Source: Methanotrichaceae archaeon (GTDB taxonomy: Archaea; Halobacteriota; Methanosarcinia; Methanotrichales; Methanotrichaceae). From it: DNA of 64,000 nucleotides. The position numbers and the translations under genes are program-made. Positions 50,407 through 64,000 of this stretch are shown here, one piece after another (positions within the stretch are counted from its first letter, which is position 1; each line of letters opens with the position of its first letter). Under the pieces are notes generated by a model. The model saw only the letters and a list, made by a program, of their open reading frames with translations. It ran no database searches and was not told the origin of the DNA. Location: NCBI GenBank assembly GCA_963754945.1, contig CAVWIG010000028.1, forward strand, positions 1-64,000, written 5' to 3'.

Positions 50407-52128
50407 CTAAGCCACCTCCTTTTCCGTTTCGGCTAACTGGTCGAAAGGATGCGGCTTAATCACCATCGGGTGTGGGATGTAAGCGTCCTGGACCATGTAG
50501 TTGGACATCCGCACACTGTAGTATCGATCGAACTTCTCTTTCAGGTCGGACATCATCCTTTCCCGATCAGCCTCGGGAATAGATGCAGAAGCATCAACCC
50601 AGTAGGTCCTGCCCTCCGGAACCGCCAGGATCCTGCCTGACTCAGACACCACCTGACCGGACTTGATGGTGTATTTGCTTTGGGACAAGGCTTTCTTAAC
50701 GAGTTGATAGTCCTTTGTAGCATCTATCCTGTCCGGCTTAAGGTCGTAAATGGAGACATCAGCATCCGCTCCCGGCCCCAGATGACCTTTATCTCCCAAT
50801 CCCAGGACCTTGGCGGGAGCTGCCCGGGTCATTATAACTATTTCGCTCCAATCCAGCTCACGGTCTATGCCGGCCAGGGTCGTTCGCTTTGAGATCTGAT
50901 CGTTGAGTGTGGCCATCTCCTCTGTCCTCTTGGCCTTGCTCATGAGGAGAGCGATCACCTCGGGGTAGTTGACGAAGGGCCCGCCGTTGGGGTGGTCCGT
51001 AGTCAAAAGAACCTTCCAGGGGTCTTTGGTCAGGAGGGCAAGCTCCAGGCCGATGGCCCACTGAACCGCGTTCACAAGCATCTTCCTGCCGTAGATCAGG
51101 GGCACGACTCCGCTAGCCTCCTCCAGCTCAATATCGTGGTTGGACCACTTGGCATGGAGCAGGCGGGCGTTTCCGTACTCCAGGGGGCCGTCCGCTGTCA
51201 TGGTAGTGGCGTTGCCGAAGATGATCTGGCCCATGTCCATTGTGGCGTGGGTGTTCTGGTTGAAGTAGTCGGCTATGACCGGAGCCTTTGACTCAAAGTC
51301 TCTCCAGCTTGTTCCTCCGTAGGCTGAGAACTGCATGTGCGCCACATGAACAACCTGTCTATCCCTGCTTGGCAATATGTCCTTCAGAAGCTCCAGGGAT
51401 TCCAGGGCCGTGGTGTAGTTGCCGGGTTTGCCCAGGTTGTTGAAGTGCAGGTGAATGGAGTGCGGCAGCCGCAGAAGTTCGTTGGCCTGGGCCAGGCCCC
51501 TGATTATCTCCGCAGGGGTTACATCGAAGTTGGGCACGAGATCGTTGACTCCCTTAACGTTGGCACCGAACCCCCAGGCCTCACCGCCGCCGGGGTTGAC
51601 TATCTTGACGCCGTAACCGCGGCTGGAGCGAAGAGCCCAGGCAACGTAGGCAGCCAGCTTGCCGATGTCCTTGTCGCGCACGCACTCCATGACCTCCCAG
51701 TTGTTGCCAAAGAGGGTCAGAGCGCCCTTATCCAGGATGGGAATCTCCTCCAGCTCCTCATGGGTGTGGCGGGCCTCCATAATTGGCGTGGCCGCCTCAA
51801 AGGCTGTGGTGTAGCCCATCCTAGCATAGCGGTAGCCCATGGCATGGCAGTTGGGAACAGTGTACCCCGTGGAAGGACGGCAAACATCGGTCCTTGGCTC
51901 GATTCCCATGCGACCGTCATTAGGGCACATTATCCGGCCGGTGTTCACTTTTGAGCCTGCTATATGGGAGTGAGCGTCCACCCCACCGGGCATGACCAGG
52001 AGCCCTCTGGCGTCTATCTCCTCTCCTCTGGCATCCTCCACTACTTTTCCGCCCTCCACGCAGATGTCCATCTCCTCACCGAAGATCCCGTTGGCGGGAT
52101 CATAGACGACTCCACCCTTGATGATCAT
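50407..52128 (-). CDS. fwdA: Formylmethanofuran dehydrogenase subunit A
   Basis: DAHSHIAG, KIVNPGG, PHSIHLH, TTDHPNGGPF. Confidence 0.96.
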   Translation of the reverse strand: MIIKGGVVYDPANGIFGEEMDICVEGGKVVEDARGEEIDARGLLVMPGGVDAHSHIAGSKVNTGRIMCPNDGRMGIEPRTDVCRPSTGYTVPNCHAMGYRYARMGYTTAFEAATPIMEARHTHEELEEIPILDKGALTLFGNNWEVMECVRDKDIGKLAAYVAWALRSSRGYGVKIVNPGGGEAWGFGANVKGVNDLVPNFDVTPAEIIRGLAQANELLRLPHSIHLHFNNLGKPGNYTTALESLELLKDILPSRDRQVVHVAHMQFSAYGGTSWRDFESKAPVIADYFNQNTHATMDMGQIIFGNATTMTADGPLEYGNARLLHAKWSNHDIELEEASGVVPLIYGRKMLVNAVQWAIGLELALLTKDPWKVLLTTDHPNGGPFVNYPEVIALLMSKAKRTEEMATLNDQISKRTTLAGIDRELDWSEIVIMTRAAPAKVLGLGDKGHLGPGADADVSIYDLKPDRIDATKDYQLVKKALSQSKYTIKSGQVVSESGRILAVPEGRTYWVDASASIPEADRERMMSDLKEKFDRYYSVRMSNYMVQDAYIPHPMVIKPHPFDQLAETEKEVA

Positions 52129-53441
52129 ATCTCGGCCTCCTTGGCCGTTTCCTTTCTCTTTTTGAGCATTCTCGCGCTTTCCAGAATTCCTTTCAGGATC
52201 TCCTCGTCGCTGGGATATGGAGAGCAGACCAGCTTTTTCATCCTCAGAGCCAGACCGTCCATGCGGTAAGCGGTTCCCTCGGCCTCTATTCCGGCAATGG
52301 CACTTGGTATGACGACATCCGCCATTAGGGTCGTCGGGTTCTCGTAAGGGTCTATCTGCACAACCGGCATCTTTGCCAGAGACTCGACTATCCGGCGAGG
52401 GAAGTTGGAGGCGGGGTCTGCAGCCACAACGAGAGCAGCATCCACCTCCCCACGGGCCAAGACGTCGCAGACAGAGGTCTCGCCGGGGTTAAAGTAGGCG
52501 CTGCCTCTAGCAAAGTCTACGGACATGGGAAAGCCGGTCTCCCAGGCGGAGCACTGGCCTATGCCCGCAACGTTGTAGTGGCCTCGCATTGGCATAACGA
52601 TGAACTTGGTGTGGGCGTTCAGCTCATTCACCAGGGAGAGGGCGTTATCTATGTTCTTGTACCTGCCCCGGGAGTGGGTCATTCCCAGGCCAAAGAAGAA
52701 GACCCCGAACTTCGCCGCCAACATCGTCTCAACTACACCGAGGAGGTCCTTCTTAGGGATGCCTCCGACAAGATCGGGCACCGTGTCTCCCTTTCCTGCC
52801 AGCATCATCCTCAAGGCGGAGACGACCTGGTAGTCCTCGCCAGGGTTGATCCTGATGAACAAGTCGGCGTTCTTGGAAGTCCTTGTCTCCCTGACGTCCA
52901 CCACTATTACCTTCCTGCCGGCTCGGCCGTCTGGAGTGAATCGGCCACAAACGTTCGATGAGTAGCGCAGGGCGTGCCTGGGGTGGGCCTCGGCCGGGTT
53001 GCAGCCCCAGAAGATTATGAGATCGGCCCTGTTCTTTATCTGGCCAAGAGTAGCGCCTGCCAGTCCCTTCTCCTCTATGCCTATGATGGAAGGGCCGTGG
53101 CATACTGTAGCCGTGGAGTCGATTACTCCTCCCACCTCCTCTGCCAGAAGGATTCCTATCTTCTGAGCCTCGCATACGGTAGAGGCCCAGCCGTAAAGGA
53201 GCGGGTGCCGGGCACCCCCGAGTATCTCTGCTGCTCGGTCGTAGGCCTCTTGATAGGTCGCGTCGGCGAGGACTCCGTTCCTCCGAATCATAGGGCCTTT
53301 AATCCTCTCGTGCCCCATGATCTTGCTTGCCCCCAGGCGGCAGGCGTGCCTGACACGCTTGACTTTATCTTCTTCGACATCCACGGTTATGTCGTCGCAG
53401 AGACATCCGCAGAAGGAGCACAGGACGTCTTCCTGGATCAT
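52125..53441 (-). CDS. fwdB: Formylmethanofuran dehydrogenase subunit B (Cys form)
   Basis: CSFCGCLCDD, VCHGP, WGCNP, MRGHYNV; ATGA overlaps at both ends. Confidence 0.95.
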   Translation of the reverse strand: MIQEDVLCSFCGCLCDDITVDVEEDKVKRVRHACRLGASKIMGHERIKGPMIRRNGVLADATYQEAYDRAAEILGGARHPLLYGWASTVCEAQKIGILLAEEVGGVIDSTATVCHGPSIIGIEEKGLAGATLGQIKNRADLIIFWGCNPAEAHPRHALRYSSNVCGRFTPDGRAGRKVIVVDVRETRTSKNADLFIRINPGEDYQVVSALRMMLAGKGDTVPDLVGGIPKKDLLGVVETMLAAKFGVFFFGLGMTHSRGRYKNIDNALSLVNELNAHTKFIVMPMRGHYNVAGIGQCSAWETGFPMSVDFARGSAYFNPGETSVCDVLARGEVDAALVVAADPASNFPRRIVESLAKMPVVQIDPYENPTTLMADVVIPSAIAGIEAEGTAYRMDGLALRMKKLVCSPYPSDEEILKGILESARMLKKRKETAKEAEI

Positions 53442-53821
53442 GCCTTGGCCCTCTCTATGTCGCGAAATAGTTCTTTGATCTCCAGAACAGGGGCGTCTGT
53501 AGCCTCTACATTGACCTCCACGCCCTTGAAATGGGGAGTGCCGCATCCGGCTGTGTCCGGACCGACAAGGGCGTTGGCCCAGGGGCCCATGGGGATGAAG
53601 ACCATTCGCCGCGGAAGGCCAGGGTCTGTGTGGACAGAGAGAACAGCCTGGCCAAAGCCATTGGAAATTTGAACATTCTTTCCCTGTGATAGTCCCAGGG
53701 ACTTGTAGTCCTCCTCGGAGACCGAAGCGACCGAGGTTGCCCTGAAGAACTCGGGGGACATCTTGGATTCACAAGCGGCACCCTGACCCAGGGTTCGGCC
53801 GGAGATCATGATAGCCTTCAC
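53438..53821 (-). CDS. fwdD: Formylmethanofuran dehydrogenase subunit D
   Basis: SGRTLGQG, FIPMGPWAN, GTPHFKG. Confidence 0.93.
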   Translation of the reverse strand: MKAIMISGRTLGQGAACESKMSPEFFRATSVASVSEEDYKSLGLSQGKNVQISNGFGQAVLSVHTDPGLPRRMVFIPMGPWANALVGPDTAGCGTPHFKGVEVNVEATDAPVLEIKELFRDIERAKA

Positions 53822-53934
53822 CTCAAAACCACCTGTGCCATTCTAAGCCATTCGCCGCTAAAAAGTGTGCGGTCGTGCATTACTTTAATATACCATCTCT
53901 CGATTGGAAGCTAGTCACGTTGGAGTTGGGCATT

Positions 53935-54447
53935 TTGGCTGGGAGAGCATGGAAGTTTGGAGCTGATATCGATACAGATGCCATCATCCCGGGGCGGTAC
54001 CTCGTAATAAACAACCCCAGGGAGCTGGCGGAACATCTGTTTGAGGGGCTGCGGCCCGAAATGGCCGTACAGGTCCGAGAAGGCGATTTCGTAGTGGCCG
54101 GGGACAACTTCGGATGCGGCTCGTCCAGAGAGCACGCGCCTTTGGCCCTCAAAGGAGCAGGCGTAGCAGCCGTTGTCGCGAAATCTTTTGCAAGGATCTT
54201 CTTTCGGAACGCCATAAACATAGGCTTGCCGCTGTTCATCTGCGATGATGTGGACAATATCAAGGACGGGGACCCTCTGGAGATTGATATGGTTGCAGGA
54301 ACAATCCACAACCTCTCCAGCGACGAATCGTACACGACTACTCCACTACCTGCGTTCTTGATGGAGATAGTCGATGCTGGCGGTCTGGTAGAGTACACTA
54401 AGAGAATAGTAGCTGCAAAAAGTTTGAGTGCGGGAGCCAAAGCATGA
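53935..54447 (+). CDS. leuD: 3-isopropylmalate dehydratase small subunit (LeuD/HacB family)
   Basis: [33 protein letters not shown]. Confidence 0.88.
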   Translation: MAGRAWKFGADIDTDAIIPGRYLVINNPRELAEHLFEGLRPEMAVQVREGDFVVAGDNFGCGSSREHAPLALKGAGVAAVVAKSFARIFFRNAINIGLPLFICDDVDNIKDGDPLEIDMVAGTIHNLSSDESYTTTPLPAFLMEIVDAGGLVEYTKRIVAAKSLSAGAKA

Positions 54448-55568
54448 ACTACAAGGTGCCGGTGATTCCGGGAGACGGAATAGGCCCGGAGATCATAGCC
54501 GAGGGCAAAAAGGTCCTTGAGGCGACAGGAGATAAGCACGGTTTCTCCATCGATTGGATCGAGTTCCCCCTGGGAGCCGAGAACTACCTCAAGACGGGGG
54601 AGCTAGTAAGCGAGGAGACCTTAAGGGAGCTATCCAAATACAGAGCCATCTACCTGGGAGCCATAGGAGATCCCCGAATAAAGCCCGGCATTCTTGAAAA
54701 AGGCGTTCTCCTCGCCATGCGGTTCTACTTTGACCAGTATGTCAACCTCAGACCGGTGAAGCTTCTGGAGGGCGTGTGGACTCCTCTCAAGAACAAGGGC
54801 CCCAAGGACATCGACTTCGTTGTGGTTCGTGAGAACACCGAGGACTTCTACATCGGCATAGGCAGCCGTGCCAAAGCGGGCCACAGCCATGCCGAATTCG
54901 AGATCAAGCGTGCCCTGTACAACATCAAGTTCGGCCTCGACATCGACTCGGACAGCGAGGAGATCGGCTACCAGATAGGCGAGGTCAGCAAGGAGGGTTG
55001 CCATAGGGTAATCAAATACGCCTTCGACTTGGCCATGCGCAGGCGTCATCAGCTTTCAAGCGTTGACAAGGCGAACGTCCTGAGCGACATATATGGATTC
55101 TGGAGGGAGATATTCCTCGATGTCGCCTCCGGCTATCCCTCTGTCAAGACTGACTTCAACTTCGTTGATGCCATAACAATGTGGTTCGTCAAAAACCCCG
55201 AGTGGTTCGACGTCATCGTTGCGCCGAACATGTTCGGCGACATAATAACCGACCTTGGGGCCATGATCCAGGGCGGCCTGGGGCTTGCGCCCGGAGCCAA
55301 CCTGAACCCAGAGGGTACCAGTATGTTCGAGCCCATCCACGGTTCAGCGCCGAAGTACAAAGGCCAAAACAAGGTGAACCCAATAGCCACCATCTGGGCG
55401 GGAGCCTTGCTCCTTGATCACCTGGGCCAGCCGAAAGCGGGCGAAGATATCGTCAGGGCAATAGAGCGGAACTTATTTGAGGGAAGGATAAAAACGTACG
55501 ATCTGGGAGGAAGCTCAACCACTTCCGAAGTAGGCACTGAAATTGCCCGGCTGGTCAGGAGTACGTGA
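54444..55568 (+). CDS. leuB: 3-isopropylmalate dehydrogenase family
   Basis: [37 protein letters not shown]; ATGA overlap. Confidence 0.88.
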   Translation: MNYKVPVIPGDGIGPEIIAEGKKVLEATGDKHGFSIDWIEFPLGAENYLKTGELVSEETLRELSKYRAIYLGAIGDPRIKPGILEKGVLLAMRFYFDQYVNLRPVKLLEGVWTPLKNKGPKDIDFVVVRENTEDFYIGIGSRAKAGHSHAEFEIKRALYNIKFGLDIDSDSEEIGYQIGEVSKEGCHRVIKYAFDLAMRRRHQLSSVDKANVLSDIYGFWREIFLDVASGYPSVKTDFNFVDAITMWFVKNPEWFDVIVAPNMFGDIITDLGAMIQGGLGLAPGANLNPEGTSMFEPIHGSAPKYKGQNKVNPIATIWAGALLLDHLGQPKAGEDIVRAIERNLFEGRIKTYDLGGSSTTSEVGTEIARLVRST

Positions 55569-55661
55569 GGTTCTTCAAGGGAAAAGGCTTTATGTGGGAT
55601 GGCGTCATTGCTTTTCCAGTGCAGTTAAAAAGGCTTGAGGCATGGGCCGGCATGCTCATGG

Positions 55662-55752
55662 GGGCTCGTAGCTCAGTTAGGCAGAGCGTCTGGCTTTTAA
55701 ACTTTTGTGTAGAGATACCAGGTGGCCGAGGGTTCAAATCCCCCCGAGCCCG
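55662..55752 (+). tRNA. tRNA-Lys(TTT) with 17-nt intron at 37/38 (55700-55716)
   Basis: Acceptor GGGCTCG/CGAGCCC, anticodon stem TCTGG/CCAGG, TTCAAAT loop; BHB central helix CTTT/AGAG. Confidence 0.93.
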
Positions 55753-55797
55753 TTCAATGCTTCCTTGAGCCTGTTTGCTGCTGTTTTAGAGGTGGTT

Positions 55798-56037
55798 ATG
55801 GTGACGAAGTCCGCTGTAAAGGATCACGAGCTGGTTCCGGAACACGTTCTGCTCTCTGTGGAGGAGGGCGTTGCGGTCCTTAAAACATATGGCATTGAAG
55901 CTCCTCAATTGCCCAAGATCCATTTGAGCGATCCCGTGGCCAAGGAGATCGGGGCCAAAGTCGGGGACATAATCAGGGTGGTAAGGCGCAGCCCCACGGC
56001 AAAGCAATCGATCTTTTACAGGCTTGTAATCGATTAA
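55798..56037 (+). CDS. rpoH: RNA polymerase subunit H (Rpo5)
   Basis: HELVPEH, QLPKI..SDP, RRSPTA..YRLV. Confidence 0.96.
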   Translation: MVTKSAVKDHELVPEHVLLSVEEGVAVLKTYGIEAPQLPKIHLSDPVAKEIGAKVGDIIRVVRRSPTAKQSIFYRLVID

Positions 56038-56046
56038 GGTGGTTTT

Positions 56047-57537
56047 TTGCTCAACAGAAACATTCTATTCAAATCCTATTTTACCAGGGATAAGCTGGTT
56101 CACCATCACATCAACTCCTTCAACGAGTTCATCGACCGAGGACTTCAGAAGGTCATAGACGAGGTTGCAACAATCGAGACCAACATCGAAAATACATATG
56201 TAAAATTGGGTAAGATCCGGGTGGAGCGACCCATGGTCAGAGAGGCGGACGGCTCAGTCGAGCGGCTCTACCCGAACGACGCTCGCCTGCGCAACCTCAC
56301 GTATGCATCTCCGATAAAACTGGAGATGATAATAGTTGAGGGAGAGACGGAGAAAGAATCCGTTGAGGCTGAGATCGGCACTCTTCCCATCATGCTCAAC
56401 TCCAAGGTGTGCAACATCTCCGGCATGTCTCCCGACGAGATGATCGCCTACGGAGAAGACCCCATGGACCCTGGAGGCTATTTCGTTGTCAATGGCTCGG
56501 AGAGGGTGATCATGACCCTGGAGGACCTCGCGCCTAACAAGATCCTGGTGGAGTACAACCAGCGGTACGACGAATTCATAGAGGTTGCAAAGGTGTTCAG
56601 CCAAAGGCAGGGCTATCGATCGCTGGTCATCGTTGAGCGTGGGCGGCGATCCATCCTGGAGGTCTCGTTCCCATCGGTCTCTGGGAGGTTGAACTTCGTG
56701 ACTCTGCTCCGTGCTCTGGGGATGGAAACTGACATGGACATAGTAAAGGCAGTATCTGACAACCCTGAGATCATCAAGTTCATGCTGGAGAACTTGGAGG
56801 AGGCGGAGGTTTCCACCATGGACGAGGCCCTGGAGAAGATAGGCAGCCGTGTAGCAGCCGGTCAGGCAAAAGAGTACCAGAAGAAGAGAGCCACCTACGT
56901 CCTGGACCGTTACCTATTGCCGCACATCGGCGTAGCAGAGGGCGACCGTTACGCAAAGGCGCTTTTCTTGGCCAGGATGGCTGAAGCCTGCTTCGAGCTG
57001 GCCCTGAACCGCAGGGGCGAGGACGACAAGGACCACTACTCCAATAAGAGGCTGAAGCTCTCCGGCGACCTGATGGAAGACCTATTCAGGGTGGCCTTCA
57101 ACCGGCTGACGCGCGACATCAAGTACCAGCTGGAAAGAGCATCCATGAGGAACCGAGAGCTTAACGTCGTGACAACAGTCCGGGCAGATGTGCTTACTGA
57201 AAGAATGATTCACCCTCTGGCCACGGGCAACTGGGTCGGAGGCAGGACTGGCGTCTCCCAACTTCTGGACCGGACTGACTACATGGCCACTCTATCACAC
57301 CTGCGCCGGGTGATCTCGCCGCTATCCCGGTCTCAGCCGCACTTCGAGGCCAGGGATCTTCACGCAACTCAGTGGGGAAGGATCTGTCCTAGCGAGACCC
57401 CCGAGGGGCCAAACTGTGGCCTGGTCAAGAACTTCGCTCAAGCAGTAGAATTGAGCAAGGGCGTGGAAGACTACGAGGATGTCAAGAAGATGCTTATCGA
57501 TCTCGGCGTGGTTCGGGTAGGTGGTAACATTGGCTAA
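56047..57537 (+). CDS. rpoB2: RNA polymerase subunit B''
   Basis: [43 protein letters not shown]. Confidence 0.97.
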   Translation: MLNRNILFKSYFTRDKLVHHHINSFNEFIDRGLQKVIDEVATIETNIENTYVKLGKIRVERPMVREADGSVERLYPNDARLRNLTYASPIKLEMIIVEGETEKESVEAEIGTLPIMLNSKVCNISGMSPDEMIAYGEDPMDPGGYFVVNGSERVIMTLEDLAPNKILVEYNQRYDEFIEVAKVFSQRQGYRSLVIVERGRRSILEVSFPSVSGRLNFVTLLRALGMETDMDIVKAVSDNPEIIKFMLENLEEAEVSTMDEALEKIGSRVAAGQAKEYQKKRATYVLDRYLLPHIGVAEGDRYAKALFLARMAEACFELALNRRGEDDKDHYSNKRLKLSGDLMEDLFRVAFNRLTRDIKYQLERASMRNRELNVVTTVRADVLTERMIHPLATGNWVGGRTGVSQLLDRTDYMATLSHLRRVISPLSRSQPHFEARDLHATQWGRICPSETPEGPNCGLVKNFAQAVELSKGVEDYEDVKKMLIDLGVVRVGGNIG

Positions 57538-59365
57538 GGCAGATACTTTCATTAATGGCGCCAGGGTGTTCGTTAACGGTGAGATCATAGGGTCTCACCC
57601 GGAGCCTGTGAGCCTGGTGGAGAACCTGAGGCGCCTCCGGCGTGCAGGTAGCATAAGTAGCCAGGTCAATGTTGCTTACTTCATAAGAACCAACGAGATC
57701 CTAATCAACACCGACTCGGGCCGGGCCAGAAGGCCGCTGATCATCGTCCTGGACGGTAAGGCTCAGGTCACCGAGGAGCACGTGGCTAAGGTGGGGACCG
57801 GGGAGATGACCTTCGAGGATCTTGTCAAGACCGGGCTCGTGGAGTACCTGGATGCTGAGGAGGAGGAGAATAGCCTGATAGCCATCTGGGAGGGCGACAT
57901 AACTCCTGAGCATACCCATCTGGAGCTGGATCCATCCCTTATACTTGGCATAGCCGCGGGCCTTGTGCCCTATCCGGAGCACAACGCCAGCCCCAGGAAC
58001 ACCATGGGAGCAGGAATGATTAAGCAGTGCCTGGGCATGTCCATGGCCAACATGAAACTGCGGCCTGACACCAGAGGTCACTATCTTAACTCCCCCCAGA
58101 AATCCATCGTTAGGACCAAGACTTCCCCGGCCGTCGGCTTTGACGAAAGACCGGCCGGCCAGAACTTCGTGGTTGCCGTCCTGGCCTACGAAGGGTACAA
58201 TATCGAGGATGCCCTTGTCATGAACAAGGGCTCTATTGAGCGCGGTCTGGCGCGAAGCCACTTCTTCCGGGTCTCCGAGGCAGAGGAGAGAAAGTATCCC
58301 GGCGGCCAGGAGGACAAGTTCGAGATACCGGACGTAGAGGTCCGCGGCGCACGGGGCTCTGAGTCCTATGAGCAGCTCGACTCTGACGGCCTGGTGAACC
58401 CCAACTCCTACGTCGGCCAGAACGATGTCTTGATAGGCAAGACCAGCCCGCCCAGGTTCCTGGAAGAACCATCCGAGTTTGGCATAACCCCTCAGCAGAG
58501 ACGCGAGACTTCGGTGACTATGCGGTCAAACGAGAGAGGCGTCGTGGACATGGTGATTCTAACCGAGTCGTCCAACGGCAACCGCCTTTGCAAGGTCAAG
58601 ACCAGGGACCCGCGCATTCCTGAACTCGGGGACAAATTCGCCTCCCGGCACGGCCAGAAGGGAGTTGTGGGGTTGATAGTGCCTCAGGAGGATATGCCCT
58701 TCACAGAGTCTGGCCTTGTGCCCGACCTGCTCCTAAACCCGCACGCCATCCCTTCAAGGATGACAGTCGGTCACGTGCTGGAGATGATCGGGGGCAAAGT
58801 CGGTTCCCTAGAGGGCAGGTTTATCGATGCCACGGCATTCCTGGGGGAGAACGAGAACGATCTACGCTCAGCTTTGGCCAAGTTCGGATTCGCTCATACA
58901 GGCCGAGAAATCATGTATGATGGAGCCACCGGTGAACAGATAATGGCCGACCTATTTGTGGGAGTAATCCTTTATCAGAAGCTCTACCACATGGTCACAG
59001 GAAAGATGCATGCCCGGTCCCGTGGACCCGTCCAGGTCCTAACCAGGCAGCCAACCGAAGGCCGAGCGCGTGAGGGCGGTCTGCGGTTCGGAGAGATGGA
59101 AAGAGATGTGCTCATAGCACATGGGGCCGCATTGGCCCTAAAAGAGCGATTAGTGGACGAGTCCGACAAGGTCACCGAGCTGGTGTGTAGCCATTGCGGC
59201 ATGATCGCCATCCACGACAAGCGCAGAAATGCAGACTTCTGCCCTGTATGCGGCGCTGACACGGAGATATATCCTGTCGAGATGAGCTATGCCTTCAAGC
59301 TACTGCTGGACGAGATCAAGTCTTTGGGTGTAGTTCCGCGGTTGATTCTGGAGGACGCTGTTTAG
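57530..59365 (+). CDS. rpoB1: RNA polymerase subunit B'
   Basis: [40 protein letters not shown]. Confidence 0.97.
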   Translation: MAKADTFINGARVFVNGEIIGSHPEPVSLVENLRRLRRAGSISSQVNVAYFIRTNEILINTDSGRARRPLIIVLDGKAQVTEEHVAKVGTGEMTFEDLVKTGLVEYLDAEEEENSLIAIWEGDITPEHTHLELDPSLILGIAAGLVPYPEHNASPRNTMGAGMIKQCLGMSMANMKLRPDTRGHYLNSPQKSIVRTKTSPAVGFDERPAGQNFVVAVLAYEGYNIEDALVMNKGSIERGLARSHFFRVSEAEERKYPGGQEDKFEIPDVEVRGARGSESYEQLDSDGLVNPNSYVGQNDVLIGKTSPPRFLEEPSEFGITPQQRRETSVTMRSNERGVVDMVILTESSNGNRLCKVKTRDPRIPELGDKFASRHGQKGVVGLIVPQEDMPFTESGLVPDLLLNPHAIPSRMTVGHVLEMIGGKVGSLEGRFIDATAFLGENENDLRSALAKFGFAHTGREIMYDGATGEQIMADLFVGVILYQKLYHMVTGKMHARSRGPVQVLTRQPTEGRAREGGLRFGEMERDVLIAHGAALALKERLVDESDKVTELVCSHCGMIAIHDKRRNADFCPVCGADTEIYPVEMSYAFKLLLDEIKSLGVVPRLILEDAV

Positions 59366-59373
59366 GTGTTAGC

Positions 59374-63134
<3,761 letters not shown>

Positions 63135-63143
63135 GGTAAAACG

Positions 63144-63455
63144 ATGATAAACATAGACAGAGCGCTCAGAAGTTCCATCAAATCAGGGAAAGTAGTGCTT
63201 GGATCGAACAGGACAGTCGAGGTTGGATCGAGCGGGCAGGCCAAGCTGATAATCTATGCAGCAGATTGTCCAATGGATGTCCGAATGCAGCTTGAGTCCA
63301 TGGATGTACCGATCTATGGGTTCGAGGGGATGGGCAAGGACCTTGGATCTGCCTGCGGAAAGCCCTTCTCTGTGGCCACCCTGGCAGTAATAGAGCCGGG
63401 CGACTCAGAGATCATGGCGCTCCTGCGGGAGATCCGAGGTGTTGAGAATGAGTGA
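63144..63455 (+). CDS. rpl30e: Ribosomal protein L30e
   Basis: SGKVVLG, LGSACGKPF, PGDSEI; canonical position. Confidence 0.95.
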   Translation: MINIDRALRSSIKSGKVVLGSNRTVEVGSSGQAKLIIYAADCPMDVRMQLESMDVPIYGFEGMGKDLGSACGKPFSVATLAVIEPGDSEIMALLREIRGVENE

Positions 63456-63879
63456 GTTCAAGCTCACCACAGAGGGAATCCGATATATCGCCTTGTTTGA
63501 GAGCCTAACCGGTGGGATGGCCAGGGATTGTGTCGTGGATGCGGACAATGATAGGATCATCTTTGTCATAAAGAAAGGAGATATGGGGGCAGCCATAGGC
63601 AGAAAAGGCTCCAACATCAACCGTGTCAAGAAGTCCGTCGGAAAGCAGATCGAGATCGTAGAGTACAGCGAGAATGTCAACGAGTTTCTCGAAAATCTCT
63701 TCCAACCGGCATCCATAAAGAACGTGAGCGTAGTCGACAAGAACAATAAGCGATTGGCTTATGTAGAGGTAGCAAATAAGGATAAGGGCATTGCCATCGG
63801 GCGAGATGGCCGAAATATATTGAAAGCCAAGATGCTGGCGCAGAGGCATCACGGCGTAGATGATATCATAATCCAATGA
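63448..63879 (+). CDS. nusA: Archaeal NusA
   Basis: KH motifs AAIGRKG and IAIGRDG; canonical position. Confidence 0.95.
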   Translation: MSEFKLTTEGIRYIALFESLTGGMARDCVVDADNDRIIFVIKKGDMGAAIGRKGSNINRVKKSVGKQIEIVEYSENVNEFLENLFQPASIKNVSVVDKNNKRLAYVEVANKDKGIAIGRDGRNILKAKMLAQRHHGVDDIIIQ

Positions 63880-63913
63880 GCCCGATTTGGTCATTATTAC
63901 TAAGGTGAAATGA

Positions 63914-64000
63914 ATGGGTAAGGGAATCTATGCAGCCAGGAAACTGGAGAGTGATCGCAAAACCCTGAGATGGAGCTATCCTAAGTTTATTAGGCGCGCA
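63914..64000 (+). CDS. rps12: Ribosomal protein S12 (uS12), 5' part, runs off the window
   Basis: MGKGIYAARKL...LRW N-terminus after nusA; AGGTGA SD. Confidence 0.92.
   Translation, partial: MGKGIYAARKLESDRKTLRWSYPKFIRRA

Noticed and set aside
52125-53441. Selenocysteine in FwdB, or pyrrolysine read-through elsewhere
   Set aside because: Active-site residue is Cys (VCHGP); no conserved ORF in the window is interrupted by an in-frame TGA or TAG

Overview
Chromosomal window of an acetoclastic methanogenic archaeon, most like Methanothrix (Methanosaeta). This assignment is inferred from the gene set (SatP acetate channel, cysteate synthase, fwdDBAC, split rpoB''/B'/A'/A''), not from a database search. 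Core loci: fen-dph2; MoxR-DUF58-larA; ilvE/ribH/aminotransferase; cysteate synthase cluster; tbp; intron-containing tRNA-Thr(CGT) and tRNA-Lys(TTT); five tandem CBS genes with an RNA ligase; bud32/albA/purN/HIT; purP-like plus fwdDBAC; leuD-leuB; RNA polymerase operon to the start of rps12. Accessory DNA: a decayed virus/plasmid-like remnant (1-2.9 kb), secreted Asn/Thr-rich and TPR proteins, a four-gene bacterial-type phosphorelay, a decayed nuclease, and an IS5 nested in an IS630. Best candidates for undescribed biology: (1) a split sensor kinase, in which a stand-alone 4xPAS protein ending in a GRELKMVELK coiled coil precedes a sensor-less kinase starting with four 21-aa 'RATLNxLED' repeats; (2) a secreted protein with 25 N-glycosylation sequons in strict 6-residue register; (3) a candidate sRNA and repeated operator next to the acetate-channel gene; (4) a MoxR/vWA pair tightly linked to a LarA-family enzyme; (5) an ATPase/GTPase/Fe-S trio coupled to cysteate synthase. 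No CRISPR array or rRNA was seen. All calls come from reading motifs; nothing was searched or computed.
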